Both the position numbers and the translations under genes were made by a program. From contig DATGWP010000024.1 in assembly GCA_035299425.1 (NCBI GenBank), forward strand, positions 1,120-65,119: a stretch of DNA of 64,000 nucleotides. Reading direction: 5' to 3'. This stretch comes from Chitinophagales bacterium (GTDB taxonomy: Bacteria > Bacteroidota > Bacteroidia > Chitinophagales > LD1). The notes under the pieces were generated by a model that was not told where the DNA came from, did no database searches, and saw only the letters and a program-made list of their open reading frames with translations. Positions 57,301 to 64,000 of the stretch are shown here, in pieces (the stretch's first letter is position 1; each line of letters opens with the position of its first letter).

Positions 57301-58425
57301 GAAAAAACATCGCCAAACAATTACGCCTTTAATGTAGAGCTGCGCAAAACACCGGGCTCTATCAAAATACAAACCTTTGATGCCAACAACAAATTCCTGT
57401 ACACCAGCGGTGGCAACCGTGGGTTAGAGAAAGTAAACGGCTCTATGAGTGTATCGGGTACCAACTGGAGCAACTTTGAATTTACCGGTGATATGTTTGG
57501 CATGGATGGAGGAATTAAAGAGAGTAACAAGAAAGTATCGATGACCATTAAGGGGGATATAGTAGCCAGCCCGGGGAATAAGATGGGTGTGACCGGTGTA
57601 GAAACCCCAATGGGCAATATGAATTTTGTTTACGATTTTCAGCAACAGGCCTTTGTTGGTTCATCGCACATAGGCTCGGACATAGGCGACCAACATGCCG
57701 AGATTGATATGGAACTAATGATAGGCAGCGGCAAGTACTACGTAGCCGGTTCGGGCGAAATGACCTTTCCGCCTGATTTCTGGATAAAGAAAGCGAGTGC
57801 AGCCTTCTTTGCCGGCAAGGTAAGCACCTTCCCTACCACCGTATCTTCTATGTTCGCTAACTTTACGTACGATCATTCTACACCGGCTTTCTTAACCGGC
57901 GCATATACCGGTGTGGCAGGTGCCTTTGGGGTTAAGATGCCGATACCAAAAGTGCCGCAGTTCTCCCTCAACTTCAAACCATTTATTAGTATGGGTATAG
58001 AGCATGAGATAAGCATCAATGCCATTACCTCGCTCAACTTTTCCGAAACACCTACACTGGCTTTAAATGCCAGCGCCTGCGCTTACTTAAAAGCGTATGC
58101 CGGCGCATCGGTAGGGGTGGGTTGTTTCCACCTGGAGGCTGCAGCCAAAGCAGGAGTACAGATAAGCGGTGAGTTTAATAAGAACGCAGCCAGCATAGCC
58201 GGTTCGGCCGAGTTGAAACTAAGCGGTAGCGGCGAGTTGGGTGTAGGCTGCTGCGATAGTGATTGCGACCATCCATTCTACTGCCCTTGTATTACCGGTG
58301 GTATAGGTGTATGCTTTAGCGGCGAAATACACGGCAACTACAGCACCGGTGGTGGACTTGACATAGGCAGTGATGGAGTAGGATGCAGCAGCGGCAGCTG
58401 TGGCAACCAAATGAAATGCAACTAA
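51331..58425 (+). CDS. Giant secreted protein (2364 aa) with several carboxypeptidase-regulatory-like beta-sandwich modules and a Cys-rich C-terminal tail; no recognisable T9SS CTD
   Basis: Signal peptide MRKLFPILFLLAVCCLPVSLFGQ. CRD-like signatures (TDENGRFDFS, TDENGNFKFDV, TDANGKFSFNRL, GPDGRFVFNDLP, ARVYVDP..TTTDASGSYMLSGVP). The last 61 aa contain 12 Cys (GVGCCDSDCDHPFYCPCITGG..CSSGSCGNQMKCN). Confidence 0.8.
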   Translation: MRKLFPILFLLAVCCLPVSLFGQNEVTVTAQVTPPYSPYLSTYVDQPNKVIVTLINTTNQTQNLRLWIRISGDNGISVTTQQSWKPTEAITLSPTGSQGFIKTLDFTSEQTRSYFDEGHTDLVGITKAQLIQNQALPEGNYTICVRAYDYNTSQPRSMDACSSFPIYYIDPPVAMQPNCATTLTASTPQFVLFSWTPPATAPGNIQYEFTLKEVPNNMNPNDIIKNNVFPVVFNTTQTGNNTLVYNVAQPALNTGKKYVWRVKAVDPNNSVQFKNGGYSEPCYFNYEAAQTAPRTDTVPRPETPVAGTIILKIPANNSTTDAVLSSNTSSVADHYKFEWKPAPVTTNTGAPLTYTLRIAHVSAGQSPAQALGIDSQVVTKAVLGTAYNYTKLSDFVPGETYAWEVKYVQNGVVKHYSDKWTFKVKKNYGKYKVSGKIEYCYTLPAVSSWSSSSSSIISGSIGIPNTAGGQVGTSVNGGALAINNKGTLPYKNSIVAFYKAILVKEGNNPVVAMDGTDLIKASQASGGSPYFQDAGELVGIAFTDENGRFDFSTDEVLGKVYEATAQGKTYNYHKALKVTLGPQSNLYINNPDEYVILEGGTSVEKNFYARVKSFKLKVKFKELPKKDYYNKTQPVDPLSKNITLYVLREKRYPTYNFPVNEGTSDFANNEELNLCFWPGWCTKYAVVAKKKTKTNITTTFEDLVVNDPNNPANDKLYLYATIDGRSEMVMLPQEFRSTDGTSNTCTLNFNDFTFQASSDYEKQYNSGCLTRSTTIIPKMLISSQLSGRLVSHWAMQKNPNDKQNDKADKPIANTKVKLMAYVTKKQADGTEKMVSSFKPELMDVTTTDENGNFKFDVNIFSDSSNKSTLLGSFGFWGGEYYRVLRVVVDNPYYFSPDNSFVIDGGYEYEVGTLSCNVREARLSGVLRDDAATPKPIANQRVYLCRWDGWIDDYVPGDEGQASTVTVPKIYDKDNYEYRVIAETTTDANGKFSFNRLVGAGNSLTTGYTDWPYFVHVQPDELSTNNYITEYPKDYTFNVGMDATGFKQFNSEQFPVALTMAGDVTATALKPTIRGVVHPKSNMGFTTLEGAKVYLLRYTDAEVDWTNTIIPGLMDCCFDGNQSDAYAYLGLGYIQSSAKYKLHATQITGPDGRFVFNDLPTKSIWGSNFHYVVWVEKNGFLTEVVKVAGGAPLLKGQQFPVYIDLRLPVEVKVKVKSYDSDFGVPSKIIVGNAYSWSQTHGINCQLKNYMYICDEEATILCPTGKVKLYVYPENQDAYLPDSFEVTIKQSSNNLAPLEVRERMHDIGFMMYDKNTNALLSKQGAILTEANVNAFKGVCVTQDPQKPILKTNHAPNCQFKSNATDFKFIAFGFDATGVPYVPKLVNVHSNPQYYEGWCDVSVQLERGGTFTGTVKLGTTPVAGARVYVDPQFTGGVPIETTTDASGSYMLSGVPLKKDVVIYAVKQNYIGDKIILSYTSSSGQKYKLSPVMNTYTKNFTIKECNLDIATILGFKVEATDMVLPLNGNIKLSGRFVNLPGNEVVSGTDNSNLTFSNIELKAGSTNGASGKPKAVPVSLPIYTNNIGFPVKVYSTLSGNVIASGWSGVEIAEKTDIIPSGNMTQAPTTVTMGVIKGSLLVNATSFADGIKFNKSYIGARPKGATTSVFDALNSNGAKPVGTMGGFTVEDVSGSNLRFNLFNRYPNAEADKATSTLTSGDVLTLDTKLHTNLNNVTPKDVALAVGKVVFKPKSYTVDINSTKAISIPLGNWSVSSSDWILSKAGGLVMKTGKLNTAVSVPFKNMSLTYTDLMYGEFEFNGMTLGGIVPLTIKSDATRTFGFDKGTMGGTWTFIILPGQNSSYCSSFGNLPGMTGSNQFYIQSIRSFSKTEQAKVELKNGAPPIGIYGVSTFAPGSMDVGADNIAMIGSIDFGIPALAYNSNMKLMWKKTSSGTQLQMPEAPTFSLKSKGIQFNHASSDAYTFSNNLFVLKGVMKDEKTSPNNYAFNVELRKTPGSIKIQTFDANNKFLYTSGGNRGLEKVNGSMSVSGTNWSNFEFTGDMFGMDGGIKESNKKVSMTIKGDIVASPGNKMGVTGVETPMGNMNFVYDFQQQAFVGSSHIGSDIGDQHAEIDMELMIGSGKYYVAGSGEMTFPPDFWIKKASAAFFAGKVSTFPTTVSSMFANFTYDHSTPAFLTGAYTGVAGAFGVKMPIPKVPQFSLNFKPFISMGIEHEISINAITSLNFSETPTLALNASACAYLKAYAGASVGVGCFHLEAAAKAGVQISGEFNKNAASIAGSAELKLSGSGELGVGCCDSDCDHPFYCPCITGGIGVCFSGEIHGNYSTGGGLDIGSDGVGCSSGSCGNQMKCN

Positions 58426-58453
58426 TTATTAGGGAAAGGAAAAAACAAAGAAG

Positions 58454-60463
58454 ATGAAAAGAGTAGCAATAATATTACTTGCCGTGTTTGCCACTTTGTT
58501 TAGCAACGCACAGAACAAAGCAGCCTTCGGTGGTATCAACGGCATCTACGTATTCAATCCGTTTGACCCGGCATCGCCCAAAAAGCCCAATGCCAAAGGC
58601 GCAGTGAAGTATAAACTGGATCGCCGCGAGACCGGTGGTACATGGCAAAGCGTGGGCACCTACAACTGCCCGGTAAGCGAAAGCGAGCTAACCAATAACT
58701 ACCATAAAAACTACCGGTTTGTATTAGGCAAAGAGTTTACCAACCCCAATAACATACTACGGTTATGGCAGGAGTATAACAAAACCCCACGATGGGATTC
58801 GCTGGCCTTCTTTTTTTACGACCGGGCAGCAGCCCTTGCTATGTGCTACCAGTTTATAGATACCGTAGCACGCACCGGCGTAAGCTACGAGTACCAGATA
58901 AGCGAACTGGATAAGAGTGACAAAGTGCTAACCTCGCTAACCACCAATGCCGTATCGTATCCTAACAACAACGTATTTACTTCGGCGCCTAAATCATCGA
59001 GTGTTGAAGGAAGCCAGACACAGGCCTACATAGTATGGAACCAGGAGAATACATCGCGCCCGGTGTTTTACAGAATCTACCGTAAAAACGGAGTGCAGGG
59101 TGAATTTGAGTTTTTGCAAAATGCCAGCAATATATCGCGCGGTACTAACAGCGATAAATTTACACTTGAATACCGCGACCGCAGCGTGGGCGCTAACCAG
59201 ATGTATTTTTACTATGCTGTGCCCTGCGATGGTTTTGGCAACACCGGTAAAGCATCGGATACCGTGCTGGTAAAAACATATGAGACAAAAGACATTTTAA
59301 CGCCGCAATATTTCATTGCCGAAAAATTACCGGGCAAAAGGGGCGTACTGCTTAAATGGCGGCTGAACACCTCGCAAAGCGTAGCCGGTATAGAGGTTTT
59401 CCGCAGCGAGAACTATGATGGTACTTTTAGCAAAATAGGTGTAGCCTCCGAAAGCGATACCAGCTACAGCGACTTAACGGCAGCACCGGCCAAAATATAT
59501 TACTACTACCTGCAAATGATTGACCGGTTTCAGCATACCAGTGTGCGCACGCCGCGTACCTCGGCATTATTTGAAGATACACGCGCACCGCGCGCACCGC
59601 GCTATTTAACAGCCGGCATGCAGGGCGATAAAGTAAAAATACAATGGACCACGGCCGATAAAGAGATTGCGGGTTACTATGTATACCGCTCGCTGGGCCA
59701 CGATTCTGCATACACACTTATCTCTGATTTTATACCAGCCAAAGATTCGGTTACTACATATGTAGATGAGAGCAACGACCTGAAATCGGAGTATGGATAC
59801 TCGTATGCAGTAACACAAGAGAACACCAGCCACGTAGCCAGTAAACAAAGCTACCCTGCATACCTGCCCAGCCAGATGAAGGCCAGCGAAGCCCCATTGG
59901 CCCTGCACCTGCAGGTGGGTGCCGGCAAACAAGGTGCTATGCTGTTTTGGGATAACATGCAAAACATGAATGGTGTGATAGGTTATATAGTGTATAAAAG
60001 AAAAAAAGGCGATGGAGAAATGAAACCGGTATCGGAAGGTATGCTTTCGGCCAGCCGTAATTTTTATGCCGATACGTTGCTTGAGTTAGGCAATGTATAT
60101 GAGTATGCCGTGCAAACTATGATGGTGAGCGGCAACAACTCGGCCATGAGCGATGTGGTAAGCTATACCTACGGCGACCTTTCAGTAGTAATACCGGTGG
60201 GCCTTACTGCTGCCTACGGCGAAACCGGTGTAGAACTGAACTGGACAGAGGTAGACAAAAAGCGCGTGAAAGAAGTGCAGGTTTACCGCGCCGAACGCGG
60301 CGGATCAAGCGCGATGAAATTAGGAATCGTAGCTAATGATAAATCGCAATACATGGATATGACCACTACAGCAGGTAAGGCATACTACTATTACCTGGTA
60401 GCCATAGGTACCGATGGTACCGAGAGCGATAAAAGCGATGCCGTATTTGTAAACGCGGAATAA
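58454..60463 (+). CDS. Secreted protein with about 6 fibronectin-type-III-like modules
   Basis: 669 aa. Signal peptide. Six recurring FN3 G-strand-like signatures (YEYQISELD, YFYYAVPCDGFGNTG, YYYYLQMIDRF, YSYAVTQEN, YEYAVQTMM, YYYYLVAIGTDGTESDKS) at about 100-aa spacing. Confidence 0.7.
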   Translation: MKRVAIILLAVFATLFSNAQNKAAFGGINGIYVFNPFDPASPKKPNAKGAVKYKLDRRETGGTWQSVGTYNCPVSESELTNNYHKNYRFVLGKEFTNPNNILRLWQEYNKTPRWDSLAFFFYDRAAALAMCYQFIDTVARTGVSYEYQISELDKSDKVLTSLTTNAVSYPNNNVFTSAPKSSSVEGSQTQAYIVWNQENTSRPVFYRIYRKNGVQGEFEFLQNASNISRGTNSDKFTLEYRDRSVGANQMYFYYAVPCDGFGNTGKASDTVLVKTYETKDILTPQYFIAEKLPGKRGVLLKWRLNTSQSVAGIEVFRSENYDGTFSKIGVASESDTSYSDLTAAPAKIYYYYLQMIDRFQHTSVRTPRTSALFEDTRAPRAPRYLTAGMQGDKVKIQWTTADKEIAGYYVYRSLGHDSAYTLISDFIPAKDSVTTYVDESNDLKSEYGYSYAVTQENTSHVASKQSYPAYLPSQMKASEAPLALHLQVGAGKQGAMLFWDNMQNMNGVIGYIVYKRKKGDGEMKPVSEGMLSASRNFYADTLLELGNVYEYAVQTMMVSGNNSAMSDVVSYTYGDLSVVIPVGLTAAYGETGVELNWTEVDKKRVKEVQVYRAERGGSSAMKLGIVANDKSQYMDMTTTAGKAYYYYLVAIGTDGTESDKSDAVFVNAE

Positions 60464-60508
60464 AAACCAGCCGGTAAAATTGCTAAGTGAGCGCATTAAA
60501 ACGAGTGA

Positions 60509-62239
60509 ATGATTAAAGGCAACGCAAAACTTTTATTGGTTATCCTGTTTACCTGCCTGCAGTGCTATGCACTTAGCGCGCAGGACCTGGGCAACATAAA
60601 GCAACAGAACCCTTTTGAGATTTCGGGCACGGCAAGCACCAGTGTGGGTTATTACAAAGCCAACTCCTTCAACAGCACGCGCAAGCCGTATGCCTACTCT
60701 ATTATGCTGGCACCTACTATCTCCGTTTATGGTGTGCAGATACCGCTGAACTTTACATTTACCGAAGGTTCGAGAAGTGTAAGCAACCCCTTTGCGCAGT
60801 TTGGCATTAACCCATATTACAAATGGGTGAAGGGATACTTTGGCTGGACCAATATGAGCTGGAGCCCCACCACGCTAAACGGTAAAACATTTTTGGGCGC
60901 AGGTATAGAATTAAACCCATCGCTGTTTCGCTTTGGGGCGTTTTATGGCATAATGAACCCAGCCATAAAAGAAAACCTCCTGGGACCTAATGCGCAGCAA
61001 CCTCAGTACAAACGCCGCGGCTGGGGCCTGAAACTGGGTGTGGGTAATGCCGATAATCATTTCGATTTTATATGGCTGCACAGCAAAGATGTAGTAGGCT
61101 CAATACCGGTGCCAAAGGATACTCTTAACCAGATAAACTATACCCCGCAGGAGAACGCCATATTTGGTATAAAGAGCCACCAGGCTATGTTTAAGAAGAA
61201 ACTAACCTGGGATGTAGATGGCTCGGTAAGCGCAATTACCCGCAACTTGAACTCGGAGCTGCTGGACATAGGCACCGGTTTCGGTACTAAGTTTTTGAAG
61301 ATAGCTATTCCTCCGCGCCTATCTACCAGCTATGCCTGGACGGTGCACAGCAACTTAACCTATAAAGCAGAAACGTACTCGCTGGGGTTTGATTATAACC
61401 GCATACAGCCCGAGTATGTAAGCCATGGGCTGGATTATATTTTGAACGACCAGCAAAAATTCAGCGGGGTGCAGACCTTTATGGCCAGCAAGAAGAAAAT
61501 AAACGTAAGCTTTACCGAATTTTACCAGCACGATAACCTGAACAAACGCAAAGCGGTGAAAACACACCGTACCGGCCTGGGCATGAACATGGGGCTGAAT
61601 GTAAACAAACATTTTGGTGCGGCTATCTCCTACAGCAACTATTTCACGTTTCAAACTAAAGGGTTGAAAGAACTTAAAGACTCTACCAAACTTTACCAAC
61701 TACAACAAACGGCTGTGTTTGCCCCTTATTACTTAATAGCCAATGCCAAGATGGTACATAACATTATGCTATCGCTGGCATACTCAAGGCTGGATGATTT
61801 TAATAAAGTGACCTCGCAGTTTTCGAAAAACAGCACTATTAATGCAAATGTGGGTTACACACTCTCTGTAAACAAAATAGGTTTTACAACATCACCCTCT
61901 TTCAATGTGCTTTACTCGCAATCGCCGGCATTTACTTTGCTGAGTGTGGGGCCTACTATTGGATTTAGCAAAACAGTGCTGAAGGGCAAGATGGCACTAA
62001 GCACCAGCATTACTTTTATAGCATCGCGCCAAAACGCAGTATGGACTACCAAGACCATTACCAATACATTAGGGCTAAGCTACAGGGTTACCAAAAACCA
62101 CGCCCTTAAGTTCAGCAACAACATACTCTACAATATGTTTGTGGCCAGCAGCACGTATGAGTTTAAAGGCGATATAACCTATACTTATACGTTTGGCTAT
62201 ATAGTTAAAAGCAAAACCGAGCAGCAGAAAAACTTCTAA
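60509..62239 (+). CDS. Predicted outer-membrane beta-barrel protein
   Basis: 576 aa. Signal peptide. Pervasive alternating hydrophobic/polar beta-strand pattern rich in aromatic residues. Terminal residue Phe (..EQQKNF). Confidence 0.6.
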   Translation: MIKGNAKLLLVILFTCLQCYALSAQDLGNIKQQNPFEISGTASTSVGYYKANSFNSTRKPYAYSIMLAPTISVYGVQIPLNFTFTEGSRSVSNPFAQFGINPYYKWVKGYFGWTNMSWSPTTLNGKTFLGAGIELNPSLFRFGAFYGIMNPAIKENLLGPNAQQPQYKRRGWGLKLGVGNADNHFDFIWLHSKDVVGSIPVPKDTLNQINYTPQENAIFGIKSHQAMFKKKLTWDVDGSVSAITRNLNSELLDIGTGFGTKFLKIAIPPRLSTSYAWTVHSNLTYKAETYSLGFDYNRIQPEYVSHGLDYILNDQQKFSGVQTFMASKKKINVSFTEFYQHDNLNKRKAVKTHRTGLGMNMGLNVNKHFGAAISYSNYFTFQTKGLKELKDSTKLYQLQQTAVFAPYYLIANAKMVHNIMLSLAYSRLDDFNKVTSQFSKNSTINANVGYTLSVNKIGFTTSPSFNVLYSQSPAFTLLSVGPTIGFSKTVLKGKMALSTSITFIASRQNAVWTTKTITNTLGLSYRVTKNHALKFSNNILYNMFVASSTYEFKGDITYTYTFGYIVKSKTEQQKNF

Positions 62240-62245
62240 AAGAAA

Positions 62246-64000
62246 TTATCGCAACAGTTTCTTTACACAATACGAATTTTCGTTTTGCAGGCGTACTAAG
62301 TAAACTCCCTGCGGCAAGTGCGTAACATCTACCTGTGCACCACTTTCTACCGAAGGCTGCTTAAATACTTCACGGCCGTTTACATCTACCAGTTGCACAT
62401 CCAGTTGATCAAAATCGCCGGTTACTTTAAATACACCGGTGGTAGGGTTAGGCATTATCTCTACATCCTCCAACAATAGCTTTGGCACACCGGTATAAGC
62501 TGCCGCGTTCAGGTTGATATTATCTATATAAAAAGCGTTGGTATAGTAGCTGGTATATTCTATACGGAACATAAAATTGCTTACCGCCTGCGCACCGGTG
62601 AGGTTAAAACTATATGTTTTCCATTGCAGCGAATCGGCAGGCACCCAGTTAGAGTCAGTTTGCGGTGAACTAACCGTGCGCAGATTAGCACCAAAGCGGC
62701 GGCCCTTGCTTAGCCATGTTTGGCCGCAATCGGTAGAGATAAATACTTCTAACCCATCATCGTTGTTCTGCTTCTTCTGGCTGCAGGCATATTTTAAACT
62801 AAACAAAGCAGTACCGGCATTACTCATATCGGCACTACCCGATGCCAGCACTGTGCGGCCGGTGTAGGCAGCAGTAGTATCGGCCATGCGTATCACAGCC
62901 GCTCTGGGGCTGTTGAATCCTTCTCCGGTATTACTTAAGGTAAACCTCAGGTTGCCATTATCAAAACTGTTTATCAGGCCGGTTTCGTTTACAGCGTTTA
63001 CAGTTTCAAACCCTTCTACAAAAAACGGATAGGCCGTATAGGGGTTAACGCGAATTAAAAACGAATCGCTGGTTAGGGTGGTAGCCCCTTTGGATGCAGT
63101 AAGTGTTACATAATAATCGCCGGGCACATCATAAGTATGCACCGGGTTTTGAATAGTGCTGGTAGTATTGTCGCCAAAATTCCAAAGCCATGTATCGGGT
63201 GTGGCCACGCTTAAGTCAGTAAACTGAACGGAATCGCTATAGCATATAATACTCTTATCGGCAGTAAACGCAGCCTTGCAAATAGTAGCAAGGCCAATGC
63301 CGGTAGCTGTATGGTTAGCCGGTGTTATCAGGTTATTGCGGTTAGCCACCGGAGAGTTAACAGCCGCCCGCATACGCTGGCGTTGCCCTTGTGTAAACAT
63401 AAAATTGCAGTAGCTATAGTCCATGGCATTCTGCACGTTATCTACCGCACTGCTGCACGATGCTGCTGTAAGGTTGCAGTTGCTCCAGCCAATAGTAGAT
63501 GGAGTATCCTGCACATCATCCCCAATAGCGCAGTTAGCCTGCTGGCCTACAGGCTGGTAAAAATAACCAGGCACATTATTGCCGCCCCATATATGGAACA
63601 GGTTAAGATAATGCCCCACCTCGTGCGCCATTACCACCGATGTATACTCTGATGATGTGCCTATGTTGCCCAGGTAACTGTCATCTATCACTACTCCATC
63701 CCACTCGGGTTTGGCGGCTGCCTGGTCGGGCATAAGGCAGTGGCCGGCAAGGTTAGCTATACTGCGTACTACATATACATTCAGGTATTTAGCAGGGTCC
63801 CAATGTATCAGGTTCTTTACGCTGTGGTCGCCAATTTTGGTAAGCGGCGATGCTATACGGTTAATGCCATTAGTGCAATTGCCATTTGGGTCCAGCTGCG
63901 CCATTTTAAATTCTATTTCACAGTTGGCGGCTATGGGTTTAAAGGCGGCGACTATATTGGCCGAGTCGGGGTTCTGGTTGGCAAAGTTCCGGTTGAGCAC
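62246..64000 (-). CDS. M43-family (cytophagalysin/pappalysin-like) zinc metalloprotease with a PKD domain and a T9SS type-A CTD; 5'-truncated by the window edge
   Basis: HEVGHYLNLFH zinc motif. PKD signature (FTDLS...WLWNFGDNTTS..NPVHTY..PGDYYVTLT). C-terminus VEIMPNPTTGVFKVTG...GVYLVRLQNE. Confidence 0.88.
   Translation of the reverse strand: MLNRNFANQNPDSANIVAAFKPIAANCEIEFKMAQLDPNGNCTNGINRIASPLTKIGDHSVKNLIHWDPAKYLNVYVVRSIANLAGHCLMPDQAAAKPEWDGVVIDDSYLGNIGTSSEYTSVVMAHEVGHYLNLFHIWGGNNVPGYFYQPVGQQANCAIGDDVQDTPSTIGWSNCNLTAASCSSAVDNVQNAMDYSYCNFMFTQGQRQRMRAAVNSPVANRNNLITPANHTATGIGLATICKAAFTADKSIICYSDSVQFTDLSVATPDTWLWNFGDNTTSTIQNPVHTYDVPGDYYVTLTASKGATTLTSDSFLIRVNPYTAYPFFVEGFETVNAVNETGLINSFDNGNLRFTLSNTGEGFNSPRAAVIRMADTTAAYTGRTVLASGSADMSNAGTALFSLKYACSQKKQNNDDGLEVFISTDCGQTWLSKGRRFGANLRTVSSPQTDSNWVPADSLQWKTYSFNLTGAQAVSNFMFRIEYTSYYTNAFYIDNINLNAAAYTGVPKLLLEDVEIMPNPTTGVFKVTGDFDQLDVQLVDVNGREVFKQPSVESGAQVDVTHLPQGVYLVRLQNENSYCVKKLLR

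Noticed and set aside
51541-58410. Multiple minus-strand ORFs (60-185 aa) inside the 2364-aa gene, and similar embedded ORFs inside cysH, cysJ, cysI, relA, ahcY, DUF885 and other genes
   Set aside because: They lie entirely within longer ORFs that have strong motif support or a signal peptide. They have no independent evidence and are treated as frame shadows.
1-64000. Mobile elements, rRNA/tRNA genes, prophage or integrative islands
   Set aside because: I recognised no transposase, integrase or recombinase motifs in any listed ORF. I found no tRNA-like cloverleaf (GGTTCGAATCC-type T-arm) in the intergenic regions inspected and no terminal inverted repeats flanking any block. A tRNAscan/ISfinder run would be the definitive check.

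Overview
The window looks like a chromosomal segment of a T9SS-bearing Bacteroidota genome (Sphingobacteriia/Chitinophagia-like). The evidence is several Por_Secre_tail-type and CHU_C-type C-terminal sorting domains, a PorP/SprF gene, TAnnTTTG-like promoter boxes and no Shine-Dalgarno sequences. Contents in order:

- **1-7053 (-):** a giant adhesin-like gene that runs off the left edge and is missing from the ORF track.
- **7.7-18 kb:** a sulfate-assimilation/siroheme supercluster. One arm is cysH plus a 1-Cys peroxiredoxin. The divergent arm is sirC, cobA, cysJ, cysI, 5-aminolevulinate synthase, hemC(-D) and hemB.
- **18-29 kb:** housekeeping and regulatory genes (ArsR, GNAT, folA, S8 peptidase, RelA/SpoT, a two-component pair, a LuxR solo, an orphan receiver).
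- **29-44 kb:** a T9SS cargo block (PorP/SprF, a PorE-like OmpA protein, one type-B CTD cargo, two type-A CTD cargos).
- **44-51 kb:** ahcY, DUF885, two DinB-family genes and small proteins.
- **51.3-62.2 kb:** an uncharacterised three-gene envelope operon (2364-aa secreted giant, 669-aa FN3-repeat protein, 576-aa predicted beta-barrel), followed by a truncated M43 metalloprotease.

The most interesting signal is not in the ORF track. Two tiny ORFs dense in cysteine codons (MFNQSQIKFSCCCTMCCAMKIATGEAFA and MKNTTHILFSMHNICCCVACCCC) sit in leader positions of the two sulfate-assimilation transcription units. The first is followed by mutually exclusive hairpins and a U-tailed terminator. This is the architecture of ribosome-mediated attenuation, here apparently keyed to Cys-tRNA charging.

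I found no rRNA, tRNA, CRISPR array, transposase or integrase. All homology calls come from motif recognition by eye; no database search was possible.
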